Assembly: GCA_051313645.2 (NCBI GenBank)
Contig: JBNRSN020000028.1
Coordinates: 14,694,001-14,758,000, forward strand
Length of the DNA stretch: 64,000 nucleotides
Direction: 5' to 3'
From: Centroscyllium fabricii
Lineage: Eukaryota
Shown here: positions 21,101 to 34,800 of the stretch, piece after piece
Layout of the letters: every line of letters begins with the position of its first letter
Numbering within the stretch: position 1 is the first letter of the stretch
Notes under the pieces: model-generated
What the model was told of the DNA's origin: nothing
Seen by the model: the letters and a program-made list of their open reading frames with translations, nothing else
The model's database searches: none
Made by a program: the position numbers and the translations under genes

Positions 21101-24100
21101 TGTGTTGTCAGTGTGTCTTGTATCAGCAGGAGTCCGTGGTGAGGAGGGGATTGAGTGTGTTGTCAGTGTGTCTTGTATTAGCAGGAGTCCGTGGTGAGAT
21201 GAGGATTGAGTGTGTTGCCAGTGGGTCTTGTATTAGCAGGGTACGTGGTGAGGAGGGGATTGAGTGTGTTGTCAGTGTGTCTTGTATTAGCAGGAGTCCG
21301 TGGTTAGGAGGGGATTGAGTGTGTTGTCAGTGTGTCTTTTATTAGCAGGGGTCCGTGGTGAGGAGGGGATTGAGTGTGTTGTCAGTGTGTCTTGTATCAG
21401 CAGGGTCCGTGGTGAGGAGGGGATTGACTGTGTTGTCAGTGTGTCTTGTATTAGCAGAAGTCCGTGGTGAGGAGGAGATTGAGTGTGTTGTCAGTGTGTC
21501 TTGTATTAGCAGGGGTCCGTGTTGAGGAGGCGATTGAGTTTGTTGTCAGCGTGTCTTGTATTAGCCGGAGTCCGTGTTGAGGAGAGGATTGAGTGTGTTG
21601 TCAGTGTGTCTTGTATTAGAGGAGTCCGTGGTGAGATGGGGATTGAGTGTGTTGTCACTGTGTCTTGTATTAGCAGGAGTCCGTGTTAAGGAGGAAATTG
21701 AGTGTGTTGCCAGTGGATCTTGTATTAGCAGGCTCCGTGGTGGGGAGGGGATTGAGTGTGTTGTCAGTGTGTCTTGTATCAGCGGGTGTCCGTGGTGAGG
21801 AAGGGATTGAGTGTGTTGTCAGTGTGGCTTGTAGTAGCAGGAGTCCGTGGTGAGGAGGGGATTGAGCGTGTTGTCAGTGTGTCTTGTATTAGCAGGAGTC
21901 CGTGTTGAGGAGGGGATTGAGTTTGTTGCCAGTGTGTCTTGTATCAGCAGGAGTCCGTGGTGAGGAGGGGATTGACTGTGTTGTCAGTGTGTCTTGTATT
22001 AGCAGGAGTCCGTGGTGAGATGAGGATTGAATGTGTTTCCAGTGGGTCTTGTATTAGCAGGGTACGTGGTGAGGAGGGGACTGAGTGTGTTGTCAGTGTG
22101 TCTTGTATCAGCAGGAGTCCGTGGTGAGGAGGGGATTGAGCGTGTTGTCAGTGTGTCTTGTATTAGCAGGAGTCCGTGGTGAGGAGGGGATTGAGCGTGT
22201 TGTCAGTGTGTCTTGTATTAGCAGGAGTCCGTGGTAAGGAGGGGATTGAGTGTGCTGTCAGTGTGTCTTGTATTAGCAGGGGTCCGTGGTGATGATGGGA
22301 TTGAGGGTGTTGTCAGTGTGTCTTGTAGTAGCAGGAGTCCGTGGTGAGGAGGGGATTGAGTGTGTTGTCAGTGTGTCTTGTATTAGCAGGAGTCCGTGGT
22401 GAGGAGGAGATTCAGTGTGTTGTCAGTGTGTCTTGTATTAGCAGGGGTCCGTGTTGAGGAGGGGATTGAGTTTGTTGTCAGTGTGTCTTGTATTAGCAGG
22501 AGTCCGTGTTGAGGAGGGGATTGAGTGTGTTGTCAGTGTGTCTTGTATTAGAGGAGTCCATGGTGAGATGGGGATTGAGTGTGTTGTCACTGTGTCTTGT
22601 ATTAGCAGGAGTCCGTGTTAAGGAGGGGATTGAGTGTGTTGCCAGTGGGTCTTGTATTAGCAGGGTCCGTGGTGGGGAGGGGATTGAGTGTGTTGTCAGT
22701 GTGTCTTGTATCAGCAGGTGTCCGTGGTGAGGAAGGGATTGAGTGTGTTGTCAGTGTGTCTTGTAGTAGCAGGAGTCCGTGGTGAGGAGGGGATTGAGCG
22801 TGTTGTCAGTGTGTCTTGTATTAGCAGGAGTCCGTGTTGAGGAGGGGATTGAGTTTGTTGCCAATGTGTCTTGTTTCAGCAGGAGTCCGTGGTGAGGAGG
22901 GGATTGAGTGTGTTGTCAGTGTGTCTTGTATCAGCTGGAGTCCGTGGTGAGGAGGGGATTGAGCGTGTTGTCAGTGTGTCTTGTATTAGCAGGAGTCCGT
23001 GGTGAGGAGGGGATTGAGCGTGTTGTCAGTGTGTCTTGTATTAGCAGGAGTCCGTGGTAAGGAGGGGATTGAGTGTGCTGTCAGTGTGTCTTGTATTAGC
23101 AGGGGTCCGTGGTGAGGAGGGGATTGAGGGTGTTGTCGATGTGTCTTGTATTAGCAGGAGTCCGTGGTGAGGAGGGGATTGAGTGTGTTGTCAGTGTGTC
23201 TTGTATTAGCAGGAGTCCGTGGTGAGGAGGAGATTGAGTGTGTTGTCAGTGTGTCTTGTATTAGCAGGGGTCCGTGTTGAGGAGGGGATTGAGTTTGTTG
23301 TCAGTGTGTCTTGTATTAGCAGGAGTCCGTGTTGAGGAGGGGATTGAGTGTGTTGTCAGTGTGTCTTGTATTAGAGGAGTCCGTGGTGAGATGGGGATTG
23401 AGTGTGTTGTCACTGTGTCTTGTATTAGCAGGAGTCCGTGTTAAGGAGGGGATTGAGTGTGTTGCCAGTGAGTCTTGTATTAGCAGGATCCGTGGTGAGC
23501 AGGGCATTGAGTGTGTTGTCAGTGTGTCTTTTATCAACAGGTGTCCGTGGTGAGGAAGGGATTGAGTGTGTTGTCAGTGTGTCTTGTATCAGCAGGAGTC
23601 CGTGGTGAGGAGGGGATTGAGTGTGTTGTCAGTGTGTCTTGTATTAGCAGGAGTCCGTGGTGAGATGAGGATTGAGTGTGTTGCCAGTGGGTCTTGTATT
23701 AGCAGGGTACGTGGTGAGGAGGGGATTGAGTGTGTTGTCAGTGTGTCTTGTATTAGCAGGGGTCCGGGTTGAGGAGGGGATTGAGCGTGTTGTCAGTATG
23801 TCTTGTATTAGAAGGAGTCCGTGTTGAGGAGGGGATTGAGTTTGTTGCCAGTGTGTCTTGTATCAGCAGGAGTCCGTGGTGAGGAGGGGATTGACTGTGT
23901 TGTCAGTGTGTCTTTTATTAGCAGGAGTCCGTGGTGAGATGAGGATTGAGTGTGTTGCCAGTGGGTCTTGTATTAGCAGGGTACGTGGTGAGGAGGGGAT
24001 TGAGTGTGTTGTCAGTGTGTCTTGTATCAGCAGGAGTCCGTGGTGAGGAGGGGATTGAGCGTGTTGTCAGTGTGTCTTGTATTAGCAGGAGTCCGTGGTA

Positions 24101-27100
24101 AGGAGGGGATTGAGTGTGCTGTCAGTGTGTCTTGTATTAGCAGGGGTCCGTGGTGAGGATGGGATTGAGGGTGTTGTCAGTGTGTATTTTATTAGCAGGA
24201 GTCCGTGGTGAGGAGGGGATTGAGTGTGTTGTCAGTGTGTCTTGTATTAGCAGGAGTCCGTGGTGGGGAGGGGATTGAGTGTGTTGTCAGTGTGTCTTCT
24301 ATCAGCAGGAGTCCGTGGTGAGGAGGGGATTGAGTGTGTTGTCAGTGTGTCTTGTATTAGCAGGAGTCCGTGGTGAGATGAGGATTGAGTGTGTTGCCAG
24401 TGTGTCTTGTATCAGCAGGAGTCCGTGGTGAGGAGGGGATGGAGCGTGTTGTCAGTGTGTCTTGTATTAGCAGGAGTCCGTGGTGATAAGGCGATTGAGC
24501 GTGTTGTCAGTGTGTCTTGTATTAGCAGGAGTCCGTGGTTAGGAGGGGATTGAGTGTGTTGTCAGTGTGTCTTGTATTAGCAGGGGTCCGTGGTGAGGAG
24601 GGGATTGAGTGTGTTGTCAGTGTGTCTTGTATCAGCAGGGTCCGTGGTGAGGAGGGGATTGACTGTGTTGTCAGTGTGTCTTGTATTAGCAGTAGTCCGT
24701 GGTGAGGAGGAGATTGAGCGTGTTGTCAGTGTGTCTTGTATTAGAGGAGTCCGTGGTGAGATGGGGATTGAGTGTGTTGTCACTGTGTCTTGTATTAGCA
24801 GGAGTCCGTGTTAAGGAGGGGATTGAGTGTGTTGCCAGTGGGTCTTGTATTAGCAGGCTCCGTGGTGAGGAGGGGATTGAGTGTGTTGTCAGTGTGTCTT
24901 GTAGTAGCAGGAGTCCGTGGTGAGGAGGGGATTAAGCGTGTTGTCAGTGTGTCTTGTATTAGAAGGAGTCCGTGTTGAGGAGGGGATTGAGTTTGTTGCC
25001 AGTGTGTCTTGTATCAGCAGGAGTCCGTGGTGAGGAGGGGATTGACTGTGTTGTCAGTGTGTCTTGTATTAGCAGGAGTCCGTGGTGAGATGAGGATTGA
25101 GTGTGTTGCCAGTGGGTCTTGTATTAGCAGGGTACGTGGTGAGGAGGGGATTGAGTGTGTTGTCAGTGTGTCTTCTATCAGCAGGTGTCCGTGGTGAGGA
25201 GGGGATTGAGCGTGTTGTCAGTGTGTCTTGTATTAGCAGGAGTCCGTGGTGAGGAGGGGATTGAGTGTGTTGTCAGTGTGTCTTGTATTAGCAGGAGTCC
25301 GTGGTGGGGAGGAGATTGAGTGTGTTGTCAGTGTGTCTTGTATCAGCAGGAGTCCGTGGTGAGGAGGGGACTGAGTGTGTTGTCAGTGTGTCTTGTATTA
25401 GCAGGAGTCCGTGGTGAGATGAGGATTGAGTGTGTTGCCAGTGGGTCTTGTATTAGCAGGGTACGTGGTGAGGAGGGGATTGAGTGTGTTGTCAGTGTGT
25501 CTTGTATCAGCAGGAGTCCGTGGTGAGGAGGGGATTGAGCGTGTTGTCAGTGTGTCTTGTATTAGCAGGAGTCCGTGGTGAGGAGGCGATTGAGCGTGTT
25601 GTCAGTGTGTCTTGTATTAGCAGGAGTCCGTGGTGAGGAGGGGATTGAGTGTGTTGTCAGTGTGTCTTGTATCAGCAGGAGTCCGTGGTGAGGAGGGGAT
25701 TGAGTGTGTTGTCAGTGTGTCTTGTATCAGCAGGAGTCCGTGGTGAGGAGGGGATTGGGTGTGTTGTCAGTGTGTCTTGTATTAGCAGGAGTCCGTGGTG
25801 AGATGAGGATTGAGTGTGTTGCCAGTGGGTCTTGTATTAGCAGGGTACGTGGTGAGGAGGGGATTGAGTGTGTTGTCAGTGTGTCTTGTATCAGCAGGAG
25901 TCCGTGGTGAGGAGGGGATTGAGCGTGTTGTCAGTGTGTCTTGTATTAGCAGGATTCCGTGGTGAGGAGGCGATTGAGCGTGTTGTCAGTGTGTCTTGTA
26001 TTAGCAGGAGTCCGTGGCGAGGAGGGGATAAAGTGTGTTGTCAGTGTGTCTTGTATTAGCAGGAGTCCGTGGTTAGGAGGGGATTGAGTGTGTTGTCAGT
26101 GTGTCTTGTATTAGCAGGGGTCCGTGGTGAGGAGGGGATTGAGTGTGTTGCCAGTGGGTCTTGTATTAGCAGGGGTCCGTGGTGAGGAGGGGATTGAGCG
26201 TGTTGTCAGTGTGTCTTGTATTAGCAGGAGTCCGTGGTGAGGAGGGGATTGAGTGTGTTGTCAGTGTGTCTTGTATTAGCAGGGGTCCGTGGTGAGGAGA
26301 GGATTGAGTGTGTTGTCAGAGTGTCTTGTATTAGCAGGAGTCCGTGGTGAGCAGGGGATTGAGTGTGTTGTCAGTGTGTCTTGTATCAGCAGGGTCCGTG
26401 GTGAGGAGGGGATTGAGTGTGTTGTCAGTGTGTCTTGTATTAGTAGGGGTCCGTGGTGAGGAGGTGATTGAGTGTGTTGTCAGTGTGCCTTGTATTAGCA
26501 GGGTCCGTGGTGAGATGGGGATTGAGTGTGTTGTCAGTGTGTCTTGTATTAGCAGGAGTCCGTGGTGAGCAGGGGATTGAGTGTGTTGTCAGTGTGTCTT
26601 GTATCAGCAGGGTCCGTGGTGAGGAGGCGATTGAGTGTGTTGTCAGTGTGTCTTGTATTAGTAGGGGTCCGTGGTGAGGAGGTGATTGAGTGTGTTGTCA
26701 GTGTGCCTTGTATTAGCAGGGTCCGTGGTGAGATGGGGATTGAGTGTGTTGTCAGTGTGTCTTCTATTAGCAGGAGTCCATGGTGAGGAGGGGATTGAGT
26801 GTGTTGCCAGTGGGTCTTGTATTAGCAGGGTCCGTGGTGAGGAGGTGATTGAGTGTGTTGCCAGTGGGTCTTGTATCAGCAGGGGTCCGTGGTGAGGAGC
26901 GGATTGAGTGTGTTGTAAGTGTGTCTTGCATTAGCAGGAGTCCGTGGTGAGGAGGGGATTGAGTGTGTTGTCAGTGTGTCTTGTATTATCAGGGGTCCGT
27001 GGTGAGGAGGGGATTGAGGGTGTTGTCAGTGTGTCTTGTATTAGCAGGAGTCCGTGGCGAGGAGGGGATTAAGTGTGTTGTCAGTGTGTCTTGTATTAGC

Positions 27101-30100
27101 AGGAGTCCGTGGTTAGGAGGGGATTGAGTGTGTTGTCAGTGTGTCTTGTATTAGCAGTGGTCCGTGGTGAGGAGGGGATTGAGTGTGTTGTCAGTGTGTC
27201 TTGTATCAGCAGGGTCCGTGGTGAGGAGGGGATTGAGTGTGTTGTCAGTGTGTCTTCTATTAGCAGGAGTCCGTGGTGAGGAGGAGATTGAGTGTGTTGT
27301 CAGTGTGTCTTGTATTAGCAGGAGTCCGTGGTGAGGAGGGGATTGAGTGTGTTGTCAGTGTGTCTTGTATTAGCAGGAGTCCGTGGTGGGGAGGGGATTG
27401 AGTGTGTTGTCAGTGTGTCTTGTATCAGCAGGAGTCCGTGGTGAGGAGGGGATTGAGTGTGTTGTCAGTGTGTCTTGTATTAGCAGGAGTCCGTGGTGAG
27501 ATGAGGATTGAGTGTGTTGCCAGTGGGTCTTGTATTAGCAGGGTACGTGGTGATGAGGGGATTGAGTGTGTTGTCAGTGTGTCTTGTATCAGCAGGAGTC
27601 CGTGGTGAGGAGGGGATTGAGCGTGTTGTCAGTGTGTCTTGTATTAGCAGGAGTCCGTGGTGAGGAGGCGATTGAGCGTGTTGTCAGTGTGTCTTGTATT
27701 AGCAGGAGTCCGTGGTGAGGAGGGGATTGAGTGTGTTGTCAGTGTGTCTTGTATCAGCAGGAGTCCGTGGTGAGGAGGAGATTGAGTGTGTTGTCAGTGT
27801 GTCTTGTATTAGCAGGAGTCCGTGGTGAGATGAGGATTGAGTGTGTTGCCAGTGGGTCTTGTATTAGCAGGGTATGTGGTGAGGAGGGGATTGAGTGTGT
27901 TGTCAGTGTGTCTTGTGTCAGCAGGAGTCCGTGGTGAGGAGGGGATTGAGCGTGTTGTCAGTGTGTCTTGTATTAGCAGGAGTCCGTGGTGAGGAGGCGA
28001 TTGAGCGTGTTGTCAGTGTGTCTTGTATTAGCAGGAGTCCGTGGCGAGGAGGGGATAAAGTGTGTTGTCAGTGTGTCTTGTATTAGCAGGAGTCCGTGGT
28101 TAGGAGGGGATTGAGTGTGTTGTCAGTGTGTCTTGTATTAGCAGGGGTCCGTGGTGAGGAGGGGATTGAGTGTGTTGCCAGTGGGTCTTGTATTAGCAGG
28201 GGTCCGTGGTGAGGAGGGGATTGAGCGTGTTGTCAGTGCGTCTTGTATTAGCAGGAGTCCGTGGTGAGGAGGGGATTGAGTGTGTTGTCAGTGTGTCTTG
28301 TATTAGCAGGGGTCCGTGGTGAGGAGAGGGTTGAGTGTGTTGTCAGAGTGTCTTGTATTAGCAGGAGTCCGTGGTGAGCAGGGGATTGAGTGTGTTGTCA
28401 GTGTGTCTTGTATCAGCAGGGTCCGTAGTGAGGAGAGGATTGAGTGTGTTGTCAGTGTGTCTTGTATTAGCAGGGTCCGTGGTGAGGCGGCGATTGAGTG
28501 TGTTGTCAGTGTGTCTTGTATTAGTAGGAGTCCGTGGTGAGGAGGTGATTGAGTGTGTTGTCAGTGTGTCTTGTATTAGCAGGGTCCGTGGTGAGATGGG
28601 GATTGAGTGTGTTGTCAGTGTGTCTTCTATTAGCAGGAGTCCATGGTGAGGAGGGGATTGAGTGTGTTGCCAGTGGGTCTTGTATTAGCAGGGTCCGTGG
28701 TGAGGAGGTGATTGAGTGTGTTGCCAGTGGGTCTTGTATCAGCAGGGGTCCGTTGTGAGGAGCGGATTGAGTGTGTTGTAAGTGTGTCTTGTATTAGCAG
28801 GAGTCCGTGGTGAGGAGGGGATTGAGTGTGTTGTCAGTGTGTCTTGTATTAGCAGGGGTCCGTGGTGAGGAGGGGATTGAGGGTGTTGTCAGTGTGTCTT
28901 GTATTAGCAGGAGTCCGTGGCGAGGAGGGGATTAAGTGTGTTGTCAGTGTGTCTTGTATTAGCAGGAGTCCGTGGTTAGGAGGGGATTGAGAGTGTTGTC
29001 AGTGTGTCTTGTATTAGCAGTGGTCCGTGGTGAGGAGGGGATTGAGTGTGTTGTCAGTGTGTCTTGTATCAGCAGGGTCCGTGGTGAGGAGGGGATTGAG
29101 TGTGTTGTCAGTGTGTCTTCTATTAGCAGGAGTCCGTGGTGAGGAGGAGATTGAGTGTGTTGTCAGTGTGTCTTGTATTAGCAGGTGTCCGGGTTGAGGA
29201 GGGGACTGAGTTTGTTGTCAGTGTGTCTTGTATTAGCAGGAGTCCGTGTTGAGGAGGGGATTGAGTGTGTTGTCAGTGTGTCTTGTATTAGAGGAGTCCG
29301 TGGTGAGATGGGGATTGAGTGTGTTGTCACTGTGTCTTGTATTAGCAGGAGTCCGTGTTAAGGAGGGGATTGAGTGTGTTGCCAGTGGGTCTTGTATTAG
29401 CAGGGTCCGTGGTGAGGAGGCGATTGAGTGTGTTGGCAGTGTGTCTTGTATCAGCAGGTGTCCGTGGTGAGGAAGGGATTGAGTTTGTTGCCAGTGTGTC
29501 TTGTATCAGCAGGAGTCCGTGGTGAGGAGGGGATTGAGTGTGTTGTCAGTGTGTCTTGTATTAGCAGGAGTCCGTGGTGAGATGAGGATTGAGTGTGTTG
29601 CCAGTGGGTCTTGTATTAGCAGGGTACGTGGTGAGGAGGGTATTGAGTGTGTTGTCAGTGTGCCTTGTATCAGCAGGAGTCCGTGGTGAGGAGGGGATTG
29701 AGCGTGTTGTCAGTGTGTCTTGTATTAGCAGGAGTCCGTGTTGAGGAGGGGATTGAGTTTGTTGCCAGTGTGTCTTGTATCAGCAGGAGTCCGTGGTGAG
29801 GAGGGGATTGAGTGCGTTGTCAGTGTGTTTTGTATTAGCAGGAGTCCGTGGTGAGATGTGGATTGAGTGTGTTGCCAGTGGGTCTTGTATTAGCAGGGTA
29901 CGTGGTGAGGAGGGGATTGAGTGTGTTGGCAATGTGCCTTGTATCAGCAGGAGTCCGTGGTGAGGAGGGGATTGAGCGTGTTGTCAGTGTGTCTTGTATT
30001 AGCAGGAGTCCGTGGTGAGGAGGGGATTGAGCGTGTTGTCAGTGTGTCTTGTATTAGCAGGAGTCCGTGGTAAGGAGGGGATTGAGTGTGCTGTCAGTGT

Positions 30101-30868
30101 GTCTTGTATTAGCAGGGGTCCGTGGTGAGGAGGGGATTGAGGGTGTTGTCAGTGTGTCTTGTATTAGCAGGAGTCCGTGGTGAGGAGGGGATTGAGTGTG
30201 TTGTCAGTGTATCTTGTATTAGCAGGAGTCCGTGGTGAGGAGGAGATTGAGTGTGTTGTCAGTGTGTCTTTTATTAGCAGGGGTCCGTGTTGAGGAGGGG
30301 ATTGAGTTTGTTGTCAGTGTGTCTTGTATTAGCAGGAGTCCGTGTTGAGGAGGGGATTGAGTGTGTTGTCAGTGTGTCTTGTATTAGAGGAGTCCGTGGT
30401 GAGATGGGGATTGAGTGTGTTGTCACTGTGACTTGTATTAGCAGGAGTCCGTGTTAAGGAGGGGATTGAGTGTGTTGCCAGTGGGTCTTGTATTAGCAGG
30501 ATCCGTGGTGAGGAGGGGATTGAGTGTGTTGTCAGTGTGTCTTGTATCAACAGGTGTCCGTGGTGAGGAAGGGATTGAGTGTGTTGTCAGTGTGTCTTGT
30601 ATCAGCAGGAGTCCGTGCTGAGGAGGGGATTGAGTGTGTTGTCAGTGTGTCTTGTATTAGCAGGAGTCCGTGGTGAGATGAGGATTGAGTGTGTTGCCAG
30701 TGGGTCTTGTATTAGCAGGGTACGTGGTGAGGAGGGGATTGAGTGTGTTGTCAGTGTGTCTTGTATTAGCAGAAGTCCGTGGTTAGGAGGGGATTGAGTG
30801 TGTTGTCAGTGTGTCTTGTATTAGCAGGGGTCCGTGGTGAGGAGGGGATTGTGTGTGTTGCCAGTGTG
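6191..30868 (+). repeat. 55-bp satellite array, segment 1 (consensus ATTGAGTGTGTTGTCAGTGTGTCTTGTATTAGCAGGAGTCCGTGGTGAGGAGGGG)
   Basis: Continuous head-to-tail 55-bp monomers with recurrent 54-bp variants; about 450 monomers by length. Confidence 0.99.
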
Positions 30869-31883
30869 GGCAGAGTTAGGCCAATATCCACTACTATTTA
30901 AAATCCAAAAAAGAGCAATCAAATTCTGGAAACACCTAAAACTGAGCAACCCTCACAGTTATCACTACAAAGCCCTGAAATGCCAAGAAGCGAACATAAA
31001 AAGAAGTCCCATCAACCAACTAGTCCTAGGACTTAGCGAAGTAACTAACAACACTACAGTTAACAACCAACTTAGCGGAAAAACCACTAACACTACTGGT
31101 AACAACCAGCCCCTGGACAGTGACGCCCTAGCACTCAGAATCCGACCCAACACAATTATTACTCAACAAAAAGAAAAATACCTGAACTACTGGACAGAAA
31201 CGACAAAAACCCAAAACAAACTAGATTGCTACTTGGCCCTAAACAGACAGTACACCATGGCGGACTACCTGTCCATGGTGAAAGACAGCAAACTGAGAAA
31301 AACTCTGACAATGTACAGACTTTGCGAGCGCAGCCTAGCCATCGAAAAAGGCAGACACAGAAAGACTTGGCTGCCCAGAGAGGAAAGGCTGTGCTCCCAC
31401 TGCAGTCAGGGAGTGGTGGAGACAGAGCTGCACTTCCTCACAACTTGCGAAAATTATCAGGGAATAAGGGGAAATTTCTTCCCAAAATTTGCAACAGCAT
31501 GCCCTGAATTCAAAAATTTGACCGACCACCAGAAACTCCCATACCTACTAGGGGAACAGAGGGAATGTATAAAACTTGCGGCAAACTACGTCACAGCTTG
31601 CCATAAGCAGAGGGACAACCAGTGACCATTGACATTGAAGCTAGGATGAGCATACAAGCTCTATATGCGGGTATAAATGTACATGTGTGCGTAACTAATG
31701 TACGGTTGTCAATAAGTCTACTAATGTATTATTCTATGTAGTACGTCTACTAATGTATTATTCTTATGTATGTTAAAATGTTTTACTAATGTAATATTCT
31801 TATGTATGTTGCACTGCTTTGGCAACAACGGTTGATGCCATTCATGACAATAAAGCCTTTTGAATAGTGAATAGTGAATAGTG
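30869..31883 (+). mobile_element. 5'-truncated non-LTR retrotransposon, RTE-X-like (copy 1): ORF2 C-terminus to stop at 31625, 3' UTR, (TGAATAG)3 tail
   Basis: AELGQYPL, YRL...LAIEKGR and CSHC-x8-HF-x3-C zinc knuckle; AATAAA followed by a tandem-repeat tail. The first ~12 codons of ORF 30834..31625 are satellite-derived. Clade assignment is from recall. Confidence 0.85.
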
Positions 31884-34800
31884 TCTTGTATCAGCAGGGT
31901 CCGTGGTGAGGAGGGGATTGACTGTGTTGTCAGTGTGTCTTGTATTAGCAGGAGTCCGTGGTGAGGAGGAGATTGAGTGTGTTGTCAGTGTGTCTTGTAT
32001 TAGCAGGGGTCCGTGTTGAGGAGGCGATTGAGTTTGTTGTCAGCGTGTCTTGTATTAGCCGGAGTCCGTGTTGAGGAGGGGATTGAGTGTGTTGTCAGTG
32101 TGTCTTGTATTAGAGGAGTCCGTGGTGAGATGGGGATTGAGTGTGTTGTCACTGTGTCTTGTATTAGCAGGAGTCCGTGTTAAGGAGGAAATTGAGTGTG
32201 TTGCCAGTGGATCTTGTATTAGCAGGCTCCGTGGTGAGGAGGGGATTGAGTGTGTTGTCAGTGTGTCTTGTATCAGCAGGTGTCCGTGGTGAGGAAGGGA
32301 TTGAGTGTGTTGTCATTGTGGCTTGTAGTAGCAGGAGTCCGTGGTGAGGAGGGGATTGAGCGTGTTGTCAGTGTGTCTTGTATTAGCAGGAGTCCGTGTT
32401 GAGGAGGGGATTGAGTTTATTGCCAGTGTGTCTTGTATCAGCAGGAGTCCGTGGTGAGGAGGGGATTGACTGTGTTGTCAGTGTGTCTTGTATTAGCAGG
32501 AGTCCGTGGTGAGATGAGGATTGAGTGTGTTGCCAGTGGGTCTTGTATTAGCAGGGTACGTGGTGAGGAGGGGATTGAGTGTGTTGTCAGTGTGTCTTGT
32601 ATCAGCAGGAGTCCGTGGTGAGGAGGGGATTGAGCGTGTTGTCAGTGTGTCTTGTATTAGCAGGAGTCCGTGGTGAGGAGGGGATTGAGCGTGTTGTCAG
32701 TGTGTCTTGTATTAGCAGGAGTCCGTGGTAAGGAGGGGATTGAGTGTGCTGTCAGTGTGTCTTGTATTAGCAGGGGTCCGTGGTGATGATGGGATTGAGG
32801 GTGTTGTCAGTGTGTCTTGTATTAGCAGGAGTCCGTGGTGAGGAGGAGATTGAGTGTGTTGTCAGTGTGTCTTGTATTAGCAGGGGTCCGTGTTGAGGAG
32901 GGGATTGAGTTTGTTGTCAGTGTGTCTTGTATTAGCAGGAGTCCGTGTTGAGGAGGGGATTGAGTGTGTTGTCAGTGTGTCTTGTATTAGAGGAGTCCGT
33001 GGTGAGATGGGGATTGAGTGTGTTGTCACTGTGTCTTGTATTAGCAGGAGTCCGTGTTAAGGAGGGGATTGAGTGTGTTGCCAGTGGGTCTTGTATTAGC
33101 AGGGTCCGTGGTGGGGAGGGGATTGAGTGTGTTGTCAGTGTGTCTTGTGTCAGCAGGTGTCCGTGGTGAGGAAGGGATTGAGTGTGTTGTCAGTGTGTCT
33201 TGTAGTAGCAGGAGTCCGTGGTGAGGAGGGGATTGAGCGTGTTGTCAGTGTGTCTTGTATTAGCAGGAGTCCGTGTTGAGGAGGGGATTGAGTTTGTTGC
33301 CAGTGTGTCCTGTATCAGCAGGAGTCCGTGGTGAGGAGGGGATTGAGTGTGTTGTCAGTGTGTCTTGTATTAGCAGGAGTCCGTGGTGAGATGAGGATTG
33401 AGTGTGTTGCCAGTGGGTCTTGTATTAGCAGGGTACGTGGTGAGGAGGGGATTGAGTGTGTTGTCAGTGTGTCTTGTATCAGCAGGAGTCCGTGGTGAGG
33501 AGGGGATTGAGCGTGTTGTCACTGTGTCTTGTATTAGCAGGAGTCCGTGGTGAGGAGGGGATTGAGCGTGTTGTCAGTGTGTCTTGTACTAGCAGGAGTC
33601 CGTGGTAAGGAGCGGATTGAGTGTGCTGTCAGTGTGTCTTGTATTAGCAGGGGTCCGTGGTGAGGAGGGGATTGAGGGTGTTGTCAGTGTGTCTTGTATT
33701 AGCAGGAGTCCGTGGTGAGGAGGGGATTGAGTGTGTTGTCAGTGTGTCTTGTATTAGCAGGAGTCCGTGGTGAGTAGGAGATTGAGTGTGCTGTCAGTGT
33801 GTCTTGTATTAGCAGGGGTCCGTGTTGAGGAGGGGATTGAGTTTGTTGTCAGTGTGTCTTGTATTAGCAGGAGTCCGTGTTGAGGAGTGGATTGAGTATG
33901 TTGTCAGTGTGTCTTGTATTAGAGGAGTCCGTGGTGAGATGGGGTTTGAGTGTGTTGTCACTGTGTCTTGTATTAGCAGGAGTCCGTGTTAAGGAGGGGA
34001 TTGAGTGTGTTGCCAGTGGGTCTTGTATTAGCAGGATCCGTGGTGAGGAGGGCATTGAGTGTGTTGTCAGTGTGTCTTGTATCAACAGGTGTCCGTGGTG
34101 AGGAAGGGATTGAGTGTGTTGTCAGTGTGTCTTGTATCAGCAGGAGTCCGTGGTGAGGAGGGGATTGAGTGTGTTGTCAGTGTGTCTTGTATTAGCAGGA
34201 GTCCGTGGTGAGATGAGGATTGAGTGTGTTGCCAGTGGGTCTTGTATTAGCAGGGTACGTGGTGAGGAGGGGATTGAGTGTGTTGTCAGTGTGTCTTGTA
34301 TTAGCAGGAGTCCGTGGTGAGGAGGCGATTGAGCGTGTTGTCAGTGTGTCTTGTATTAGCAGGAGTCCGTGGTTAGGAGGGGATTGAGTGTGTTGTCAGT
34401 GTGTCTTGTATTAGCAGGTGTCCGTGGTGAGGAGGGGATTGAGTGTGTTGTCAGTGTGTCTTCTATCAGAAGGGTCCGTGGTGAGGAGGGGATTGACTGT
34501 GTTGTCAGTGTGTCTTGTATTAGCAGGAGTCCGTGGTGAGGAGGAGATTGAGTGTGTTGTCAGTGTGTCTTGTATTAGCAGGGGTCCGTGTTGAGGAGGG
34601 GATTGAGTTTGTTGCCAGCGTGCCTTGTATTAGCAGGAGTCCGTGTTGAGGAGGGGATTGAGTGTGTTGTCAGTGTGTCTTGTATTAGAGGAGTCCGTGG
34701 TGAGATGGGGATTGAGTGTGTTGTCACTGTGTCTTGTATTAGCAGGAGTCCGTGGTGAGGAGGCGATTGAGCGTGTTGTCAGTGTGTCTTGTATTAGCAG

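Noticed and set aside
30834-31625. 263-aa ORF as a host gene or satellite-LINE fusion gene (also 44492..45283)
   Set aside because: The GTG start and first ~12 codons are satellite; the rest is a truncated LINE ORF2 with no promoter or expression evidence.
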